Shown here: piece by piece, positions 9,646-15,924 of the stretch
Layout of the letters: each line of letters opens with the position of its first letter
How positions within the stretch are numbered: position 1 is the first letter of the stretch
Source: an uncultured virus (IMG/VR IMGVR_UViG_3300000928_001655)
Lineage: Duplodnaviria > Heunggongvirae > Uroviricota > Caudoviricetes
Strand: one strand, 5' to 3'
DNA length: 64,000 nucleotides
Virus record (IMG/VR): IMGVR_UViG_3300000928_001655
Notes under the pieces: generated by a model
The model's input: only the letters and a program-made list of their open reading frames with translations
Database searches by the model: none
Told to the model about the DNA's origin: nothing
Program-made: the position numbers and the translations under genes

Positions 9646-10308
9646 ATGAAATTCAGTGAACGTACTCTTACCATTCTTAAGAGTTTTGCTACCATCAACC
9701 GATCTATTCAGATGAAGGAAGGCAACACCTTAAAGACAATAACACCAGAACGCACACTTATTGCGTCTGCAACTATCCCAGATACGATTCCATCTGAGGC
9801 ATGTATTTACGACATGAGTCGATTTCTTTCGATCCTGTCACTTTATGCAGATCCAGACGTGGAATTCCACGATAAATATTTTATCATATCAGAGGGGAAG
9901 CGCAGGACTAAATACTTGTTCGCAGACGTTTCTATGATCCACGCCGCACCTGATAAGGAAATCAAAATTCCTTCATCTGATGTGATTGTGGATGTCTCAT
10001 GGGATGACATGCAATCTGTATTAAAGGCCGCAGGCGTTTTACAGTTCAATGAGGTTGCATTTGTCGGAGAAAACGGCACATGCTATCTTAAAGCAATCGA
10101 TAGTACTAATGAAGGAACCGACGACTACGGTGTCGAAATTGGTGAAACTAGCGATACGTTTAAGATTATTATCAAAACAGATAATCTTAAATTACTACCA
10201 CAGGACTACAGAGTTACGCTTTGTTCGAAAGGTATCTCTGAGTTCAAAGGTGAAAATGTCACATATTTCGTGGCAATTGATTCTAAGTCGACTTATAACA
10301 AGGGGTAA
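9646..10308 (+). CDS. 45: Sliding clamp gp45
   Basis: MKFSERTLTILKSFATIN, IYDMSRFL, NLKLLPQDY; lies upstream of gp44. Confidence 0.95.
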   Translation: MKFSERTLTILKSFATINRSIQMKEGNTLKTITPERTLIASATIPDTIPSEACIYDMSRFLSILSLYADPDVEFHDKYFIISEGKRRTKYLFADVSMIHAAPDKEIKIPSSDVIVDVSWDDMQSVLKAAGVLQFNEVAFVGENGTCYLKAIDSTNEGTDDYGVEIGETSDTFKIIIKTDNLKLLPQDYRVTLCSKGISEFKGENVTYFVAIDSKSTYNKG

Positions 10309-10314
10309 TACCAT

Positions 10315-10584
10315 ATGGAAAATCAACAAATGCAGGGACAGCAAGAACATGTCCAACTAACTTTGGCAGATATTAGTACTGTCGTACAACTAATCGATGC
10401 AGTCTCCCGCCGTGGCGGATTCGAGGGACAGGAACTCGCAGGTGTAGGTACACTTCGTAACAAACTAGTTGCGTATGTAAACCAACGTGCACCACAACCA
10501 GATCCTAAAGATGTAATGGCAAACGAAGCTGATGTCGCCGAAGGCGGCCCAGACGTTGCACCATTAGCAGACAAGGTACAGTAA
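10315..10584 (+). CDS. Hypothetical protein
   Basis: ORF with SD-like AGGGG, followed by a terminator. Confidence 0.75.
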   Translation: MENQQMQGQQEHVQLTLADISTVVQLIDAVSRRGGFEGQELAGVGTLRNKLVAYVNQRAPQPDPKDVMANEADVAEGGPDVAPLADKVQ

Positions 10585-10594
10585 TTGTACTCTA

Positions 10595-10628
10595 GAGGGG
10601 CGGCACTGTCGCCCCTTTAAACTTTTTT
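10595..10628 (+). terminator. Probable intrinsic terminator
   Basis: AGGGGCGGCA-C-TGTCGCCCCT stem followed by a T-rich tract. Confidence 0.7.
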
Positions 10629-10652
10629 ATTATATTATGATCTAGGTGAATA

Positions 10653-11606
10653 ATGATGGTTGATGCAAAATCAAATGAGGTACTATGGGTAGAGAAGTAC
10701 CGTCCAAACAAAATCTCTGACACAATCCTTCCCGAAACAACACGCAACATGTTTGCAAAGTTTGTGGAAGATGAACAAATCCCCAACCTATTACTCACTG
10801 GTGGTCCTGGTGTAGGTAAGACAACAATCGCAAAAGCAATGTTGGAAGAGTTGGGATGCGATTACATCGTTAAGAACGGTTCTCTTAATGTGAATATCGA
10901 CTCAATCCGTTACGACATTTCTACATTCGCATCTGCAGTATCACTGACAGGTGGTCGTAAGTATGTCATCTTCGATGAAGCGGATTACTTGAACGCTGCA
11001 AACGTGCAACCTGCACTACGTAACTTCATTGAAGAGTATTCATCGAACTGTGGATTTATTTTCACGTGTAACTTTAAGAACCGTATCATCTCACCACTAC
11101 GGTCACGCCTCTCTGAGGTAGACTTTTCTATTAACAATGATGAGAAACCTGCAATGGCAGGTGCGTTCTACAAACGTGTTCTACAAATTCTAGAAAACGA
11201 GAACGTCAAGTATGACAAGGGTGTTATTGCCAAAGTCGTACAGAAGTACTTCCCAGACTTTCGTCGTGTACTCACAGAACTTCAAACCTATTCAGCTTCT
11301 GGTATGATCGATGAAGGTATCTTCGTCAATCTGAAACAGGAGTCTATCGATGAACTGTTCCACTTCCTAAAGACAAAGAACTTTACTGAGATGCGCAAGT
11401 GGGTTGCAAAGAACTCAGATCAAGACATGAACGAGATGTTCCGTAGGATCTATGATGTCGCAGGTGACAAAGTAGAATTCAGATCATTGCCTGCGTTCTG
11501 TGTAACAACTGCAGACTACATGTACAAAGCAAACTTTGTTGGTGATCAAGAGATCAACATGTGTGCGTTCTTAACAGAAGTTATGATTGAAAGTGAATAC
11601 AAGTAA
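10653..11606 (+). CDS. 44: Clamp loader large subunit gp44
   Basis: LWVEKYRP, Walker A GGPGVGKTT, Walker B IFDEAD, PLRSR and FPDFRR. Confidence 0.97.
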   Translation: MMVDAKSNEVLWVEKYRPNKISDTILPETTRNMFAKFVEDEQIPNLLLTGGPGVGKTTIAKAMLEELGCDYIVKNGSLNVNIDSIRYDISTFASAVSLTGGRKYVIFDEADYLNAANVQPALRNFIEEYSSNCGFIFTCNFKNRIISPLRSRLSEVDFSINNDEKPAMAGAFYKRVLQILENENVKYDKGVIAKVVQKYFPDFRRVLTELQTYSASGMIDEGIFVNLKQESIDELFHFLKTKNFTEMRKWVAKNSDQDMNEMFRRIYDVAGDKVEFRSLPAFCVTTADYMYKANFVGDQEINMCAFLTEVMIESEYK

Positions 11607-11770
11607 TGGTCGATTGTTTCTACTGTAGTACTACGTTCGACAAATCAGAATCATTTAAGATGACGGTGGAGATGGCAGAGGGACAGGCAGAATATGATGT
11701 CTGTCCTGATTGCTCAGGAGATCTTAACGAAATCTTAAAGGGAATAGAGGCGGCACATAATGAAATTTAG
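11606..11770 (+). CDS. Small zinc-finger protein (54 aa, not in ORF track)
   Basis: TAATG-coupled to gp44. Translation MVDCFYCSTTFDKSESFKMTVEMAEGQAEYDVCPDCSGDLNEILKGIEAAHNEI contains two CxxC pairs. Confidence 0.75.
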   Translation: MVDCFYCSTTFDKSESFKMTVEMAEGQAEYDVCPDCSGDLNEILKGIEAAHNEI

Positions 11771-12086
11771 TAATAAGAACGATTACGGAAACGAAATAGA
11801 ATATTCAGTACCAGAAGGTTCAGATCTTGATGACGTACTTGATTCTTTTGTTGACTTTCTTCGTGGATGCGGTTATAATATAGACTACAGTAAATGTCTT
11901 GCTATCGTCAATCCAGAAGTATTTGCAGATAGTGTGATCAAAGATGCAGAACAAGATNNNNNNNNNNNNNNNNCAGAAGATGATGAAGAAATTGTTCGTA
12001 GACCAGATGAACCCTATTGGGATTACATGGCACGTAGACTAAGACAAATCTCTAAAGACAGTGGTGACAGGTGGGACGTAGAATGA
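11760..12086 (+). CDS. Hypothetical acidic protein (contains N gap)
   Basis: LDDVLDSFVDFLRGCGY motif; SD GAGG; N run at about 11958-11973. Confidence 0.65.
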   Translation: MKFSNKNDYGNEIEYSVPEGSDLDDVLDSFVDFLRGCGYNIDYSKCLAIVNPEVFADSVIKDAEQDXXXXXXEDDEEIVRRPDEPYWDYMARRLRQISKDSGDRWDVE

Positions 12087-12487
12087 GTAATAAAGAATTC
12101 ACACCATTCGATTTCATGAATGCAGTATCTGATTCAAAGAAAGATATCATTCGTGGACATGAAAACCCAGAGATGGCAGAGAAAGAATATAGTTCTCTTG
12201 CCTATGTTATCAATCGTGGTTTCTCTTACTTTGAGGATACCATTCTACATGCTAACGAGATGAATCAGAGACCAGATATGTTTGGTATCGGTCAGTTCGA
12301 TTACTACAATGGAATGTTGCGAAAACGTAAACGTTTCTCTAAGTGGCACAAGGCAGAAGCCAGTACAGACTTAGATGCAATCCAAGAAGTATATCAGTGT
12401 AATCGTACAGTTGCCAAACAGTACTTGAAAGTTCTTACTAAAGATCAACTAGAAGATGTTCACCAGAAGTTGTTTGTTGGCGGTTAA
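12083..12487 (+). CDS. 62: Clamp loader small subunit gp62
   Basis: PFDFMNAVS, YVINRGFSYFEDTILHANEMN, RKRKRFSKW; lies between gp44 and regA. The ATG at 12083 is preferred as start. Confidence 0.92.
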   Translation: MSNKEFTPFDFMNAVSDSKKDIIRGHENPEMAEKEYSSLAYVINRGFSYFEDTILHANEMNQRPDMFGIGQFDYYNGMLRKRKRFSKWHKAEASTDLDAIQEVYQCNRTVAKQYLKVLTKDQLEDVHQKLFVGG

Positions 12488-12499
12488 ACTTGTTTAAAT

Positions 12500-12507
12500 T
12501 ATAAATA
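12500..12507 (+). promoter_or_regulatory. T4-type late promoter
   Basis: Intergenic TATAAATA upstream of regA. Confidence 0.7.
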
Positions 12508-12570
12508 AGTTCGTTGATATGATCAACACCACCCATAACAATAAATTATAAAAAAAGGTGAACATGTATT

Positions 12571-12972
12571 ATGAACGAAGATATTTTTAAGGGAGTTGGT
12601 GTAGAGATTGAATTACCGTCCGATGATAGCTTTTTAAAAGTAAAAGAAACTTTAACTCGCATCGGTATTTCCTCACGTAAAGAAAAAAGACTATACCAAT
12701 CCTGCCATATCTTGCACAAGAAGGGCAGATATGCAATTCTTCATTTTAAAGAACTATTCATTCTAGACGGTAAAACAAATACCTTCACAGATGAAGATCT
12801 TTCCAGAAGAAACACAATCGTAAATCTATTAGAGGAATGGGATCTGATAAAGATCATAGACAAGGAAAAAACAAAAGACCCTGTCGCTCCTCTCAACCAT
12901 ATTAAAATCATTTCCTATAAAGAGAAAAGTGAATGGGACTTAACAGTCAAATATAATATTGGAAGAAAATAA
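12571..12972 (+). CDS. regA: Translational repressor RegA
   Basis: FLKVKETLTRIGI, LYQSCHILHKKGRYAILHFKELF, RRNTI and KYNIG. Confidence 0.97.
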   Translation: MNEDIFKGVGVEIELPSDDSFLKVKETLTRIGISSRKEKRLYQSCHILHKKGRYAILHFKELFILDGKTNTFTDEDLSRRNTIVNLLEEWDLIKIIDKEKTKDPVAPLNHIKIISYKEKSEWDLTVKYNIGRK

Positions 12973-12978
12973 TTTTTC

Positions 12979-13009
12979 TTGACATTCAGTATTAAATGTG
13001 TTATAAATA
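12979..13009 (+). promoter_or_regulatory. Hybrid sigma70/late promoter of hsp20
   Basis: TTGACA 12979-12984, 17 bp spacer with TG, then TATAAATA 13002-13009. Confidence 0.8.
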
Positions 13010-13012
13010 GAA

Positions 13013-13074
13013 CGTGAACGCCAAATGGGTTCACATTCAACATAAATCTTGCTAATATAGGAGATCACGATATG
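13013..13074 (+). ncRNA. ROSE-like RNA thermometer in the hsp20 5'UTR
   Basis: ATCTT-G-CT (13046-13053) pairs with AG-GAGAT (13059-13065), masking the SD and leaving a bulged G. An upstream GTGAAC/GTTCAC hairpin is present. Confidence 0.7.
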
Positions 13075-13515
13075 AATCGTACACATTTTAATACCCTCTC
13101 GCCGTTTACCGTTGGGTTTGACAGAGTTCTCGACAGAGTTCTAGATCAACAAGAACAGTCAACAGGTTTCCCCCCATTTAACATCGTTAAAAAGACTGAT
13201 ACCAATTTCAGAATTGAGCTTGCACTTGCAGGTTACAAGGATGAAGACTTGACTATTAAATATCAGGAAGGTGTCTTAACTATTACTGGGGATAAAGAAA
13301 ACTCAGGTGCAGAGGAAAGAGGATATATCCATCGTGGTATATCAGGACGTAAATTCACACGTAAGTTTACTCTTGCGGATGATATTATTGTTCAAAATGC
13401 AGAGTTATCAGATGGTATGCTGACAATTCAGATGGAACGTATTATTCCAGAAGAAAAACGTCCACGTACTATTGAAATTAATACTGGTATTCAACAGTCC
13501 TTTTTACAGGACTAG
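13072..13515 (+). CDS. Small heat shock protein Hsp20 (IbpA-like)
   Basis: VGFDR, FPPFNI, IELALAG, YIHRGISGRKFTRKFTLAD and IPEEKRPRTIEI. Confidence 0.96.
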   Translation: MNRTHFNTLSPFTVGFDRVLDRVLDQQEQSTGFPPFNIVKKTDTNFRIELALAGYKDEDLTIKYQEGVLTITGDKENSGAEERGYIHRGISGRKFTRKFTLADDIIVQNAELSDGMLTIQMERIIPEEKRPRTIEINTGIQQSFLQD

Positions 13516-13522
13516 AGAATTT

Positions 13523-13550
13523 AGGGGAGACTTCGGTCTCCCTTTTTTTT
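13523..13550 (+). terminator. Intrinsic terminator with a cUUCGg loop
   Basis: GGGAGAC-TTCG-GTCTCCC followed by T8. Confidence 0.92.
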
Positions 13551-13564
13551 GTTAGCGTGTAATG

Positions 13565-13622
13565 TAGGGTACGTGGTAAAGACGTGTCCTATTTTGTATG
13601 TAAGCGCAGGGGTAAAGCCTGC
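13565..13622 (+). promoter_or_regulatory. Twin hairpins with an identical GGTAAAG loop in the transporter leader
   Basis: TAGGGTACGT-GGTAAAG-ACGTGTCCTA (10 bp, 2 G-U) and GCAGG-GGTAAAG-CCTGC. Confidence 0.55.
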
Positions 13623-13642
13623 ACACAACAAGGAGAAGTATT

Positions 13643-14635
13643 ATGGAAATGTTAACAATGTGGAGTCTCATAGGATTCCTACTTGCCGCATATGCGGTTA
13701 TCGCCAATGATTCAGTACAGACGCTCGGTACATGGATGGCATCAAACAANNNNNNNNNNGGTACATGGATGGCATCAAACAATGAGCGATTTTCTTACAA
13801 AACATTATGGTTATCTGCATCAGGTGTTCTACTTGCAACACTCTGGTATGGTTGGTATGTGAATGGTGGAGACATCAGTTATGGACGACTTAACAAGATC
13901 CCATGGCAAGAGGTAGAATGGTATCATGCTGCCGCACCTGCAATCCTCGTATTACTAACGAGACTAGGTGTACCAGTATCAACTTCATTCTTAGTATTGT
14001 CAGTCTTTGCAAGTACCTTTGTGCTTGAGAAGATGTTGATGAAGTCTATTATGGGATATGGTGTTGCGGCGGCATTCGCATATGCAGTGTGGTTCGCTAT
14101 ACACAAGTATACAGGTAAGTGGTTTGATGAGACCCAACCAGTCACCGAAAGTAACAAGACGTACTGGCGCATCGCCCAGTGGGTTGCCACAGGTGGTCTG
14201 TGGTGGACGTGGTTGTCACATGACATTGCAAACATTGCGGTGTTCTTACCACGTGTAGTACCAGTTGATTTGATGGTTATGATATCTGTGGTATTCGTCA
14301 CAGGTCTATTCTTTATGTTTAAAGAACGTGGTGGTAAGATCCAACAGATTGTATTAGAGAAACATAACACAAGATATGTTCGTAGTGCAACACTTATCGA
14401 TCTGTTCTACTGGTTATGTCTCTATTTCTTTAAAGAGTTGAATGATATCCCTATGTCAACAACATGGGTATTCGTTGGTCTACTCGCAGGACGTGAACTT
14501 GCAATGGCAACATACTTTGGTAAGAAGAAAACCAAATCAGTATTCCCATTAGTCGCAAAAGACTTTGGTAAGATGATGGTAGGACTTGGTGCATCTGTTG
14601 CATTAGTTTTGGTTATTCACAACTTTTTGGGTTGA
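13643..14635 (+). CDS. Polytopic membrane protein, PiT/Pho4-like inorganic anion transporter
   Basis: About 9-10 hydrophobic segments. Two-fold repeated signature IANDSVQTLG / LSHDIANIA and GVPVSTS / DIPMSTT, resembling PiT GANDxAN and GxPVSTT. The N gap duplicates a short segment. Confidence 0.65.
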   Translation: MEMLTMWSLIGFLLAAYAVIANDSVQTLGTWMASNXXXXGTWMASNNERFSYKTLWLSASGVLLATLWYGWYVNGGDISYGRLNKIPWQEVEWYHAAAPAILVLLTRLGVPVSTSFLVLSVFASTFVLEKMLMKSIMGYGVAAAFAYAVWFAIHKYTGKWFDETQPVTESNKTYWRIAQWVATGGLWWTWLSHDIANIAVFLPRVVPVDLMVMISVVFVTGLFFMFKERGGKIQQIVLEKHNTRYVRSATLIDLFYWLCLYFFKELNDIPMSTTWVFVGLLAGRELAMATYFGKKKTKSVFPLVAKDFGKMMVGLGASVALVLVIHNFLG

Positions 14636-14738
14636 CAATCCATCTATAATATGATATAACTAACATTGAGATGGGAGTTAGTCTCCTTTCTATGATATAA
14701 ATAACATTGAGAGGGGAGTTAGTCTCCTCTCTTTTTTT
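14632..14738 (+). promoter_or_regulatory. 41 bp tandem duplication carrying a sigma70 -10 element, a late promoter and hairpins
   Basis: Copies 14650-14690 and 14691-14731 differ at 3 positions. TTGACA 14632-14637 + 17 bp + TATAAC; TATAAATA at 14696-14703; the second hairpin is followed by T7. Confidence 0.75.
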
Positions 14739-14761
14739 ACACACACAAACAGGAGAATAAA

Positions 14762-14992
14762 ATGGCTAATAAAAATCCGTTCGAGATTCGTGCAGATATG
14801 TTGCAACTTGCAAAAGAGTACATGGATCAACAGTACCACATGAATGTTCAGTTTGCTGAACAGATGATGGAACAAGGTAAGAAGAGTATTGAAGATATTC
14901 AAGGATCTTACAAAATGTATTCCATGGAAGATCTCATGGAAAAAGCAAAAGAAATGTATAGTTTCGTAAGTACACGAGACGACAAAAGTTAA
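14762..14992 (+). CDS. Hypothetical protein
   Basis: Strong SD AGGAG; KNPFEIRADMLQLAK...EKAKEMYSFV. Confidence 0.85.
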   Translation: MANKNPFEIRADMLQLAKEYMDQQYHMNVQFAEQMMEQGKKSIEDIQGSYKMYSMEDLMEKAKEMYSFVSTRDDKS

Positions 14993-14998
14993 ACTTAA

Positions 14999-15057
14999 GC
15001 TTAAGTGCAAACTTAAAGGGTTGCACATCAGGCTTAAGTGCAAACTTAAAGGGTTGC
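14999..15057 (+). repeat. 26 bp direct repeat GCTTAAGTGCAAACTTAAAGGGTTGC, two copies
   Basis: Exact copies at 14999-15024 and 15032-15057. Confidence 0.85.
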
Positions 15058-15083
15058 TTCATTAGGATGCAACCCTTTTTTTT
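15048..15083 (+). terminator. Intrinsic terminator
   Basis: AAAGGGTTGC...GCAACCCTTT stem running into a T8 tract. Confidence 0.8.
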
Positions 15084-15226
15084 CATTGACAACTTGTCAC
15101 ATTTGCACTCAGTGCATGTCGAGTATTCCAAATTGGTAAGGGTTATTTACCTATTTCTGTACTAAATAAATGTAGTGAAAGAAGACGATCACATATCATT
15201 TACCACATACATTAAAGGAAGACCCA

Positions 15227-15523
15227 ATGTCAATTATGCCAGGCATTACGCCCGTAAACTCCACCTCATCAATGTTCTCAGTATCCTGCTACAAAGTAGT
15301 AGTATGGTTCGAAAATCTAGGTCAAAAACTTGCTGAACGTAGAACACGTAGAGAAACATTCAAAACATTACATTCACTGACAGATCGTGAACTCGCAGAT
15401 ATCGGCATCTCTCGTGGAGATATCCGTTCTATCTCAAATGACACGTGGACAGATAACCGCAAACGTGATGAACTACCATACGTCCGTACTTACGCTAACC
15501 CAAACTTGGAGGGTTCAGTATAA
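15227..15523 (+). CDS. DUF1127 (YjiS-like) small protein
   Basis: RRTRRETFKTLHSLTDRELADIGISRGDI matches the DUF1127 core LxxLxDRxLxDIGLxRxDI. Confidence 0.92.
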   Translation: MSIMPGITPVNSTSSMFSVSCYKVVVWFENLGQKLAERRTRRETFKTLHSLTDRELADIGISRGDIRSISNDTWTDNRKRDELPYVRTYANPNLEGSV

Positions 15524-15723
15524 TGCAGGAATCAATGGAAGTAGTGGGTAACACACCAGTTGAAACACCAAAGTTCATCAAAACACTTGGCAAAGTATTA
15601 GTTGCTGTTGCAATGGCACTATGGGCATTCGGTGAGTCAGCAGGTAGAGCAAGAGCAGCCGCTGAACTGTCACGTCAAGGCTACCATGAGGAAGCAAGAC
15701 GTTTAATGTTGGAGAGTAAATAA
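15523..15723 (+). CDS. Small protein, remote DUF1127-like
   Basis: TAATG-coupled; ESAGRARAAAELSRQGYHEEARRLM helix motif. Confidence 0.7.
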   Translation: MQESMEVVGNTPVETPKFIKTLGKVLVAVAMALWAFGESAGRARAAAELSRQGYHEEARRLMLESK

Positions 15724-15857
15724 TGTTTAAAAGATTTATGAAAGCAATGGAATACCGTTCATACTGCATGGCTATTCGTCAACTACGTCAAAGTGGTTAC
15801 CACAGAGCAGCCAATGACATTTCTGAGTTTAAACACAAGATGTATCCAACATGTTAG
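15723..15857 (+). CDS. Small protein paralogous to the preceding ORF (44 aa, not in ORF track)
   Basis: TAATG-coupled, SD GGAG. Translation MFKRFMKAMEYRSYCMAIRQLRQSGYHRAANDISEFKHKMYPTC shares LxxxGYHxxA with the upstream ORF. Confidence 0.7.
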   Translation: MFKRFMKAMEYRSYCMAIRQLRQSGYHRAANDISEFKHKMYPTC

Positions 15858-15895
15858 ATCCAGATCACACATATACAAAGCCGAAAGGCGAAAAG

Positions 15896-15924
15896 AAAAA
15901 GGGCGGCAAGTAGTCGCCTTTTTT
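15896..15924. terminator. Bidirectional intrinsic terminator between convergent operons
   Basis: AAAAAGGGCGGC-AAGTA-GTCGCCTTTTTT with A and T tracts on both sides. Confidence 0.8.

Noticed and set aside
13727..13782. Duplicated GTACATGGATGGCATCAAACAA (GTWMASN twice) in the transporter gene
   Set aside because: The copies flank a 10-N scaffold gap; this is a contig-overlap artefact, not a biological repeat.
15880..15889. GCC-GAAA-GGC mini hairpin as an ncRNA or boxB-like site
   Set aside because: It has only a 3-4 bp stem; there is too little information to support a call.
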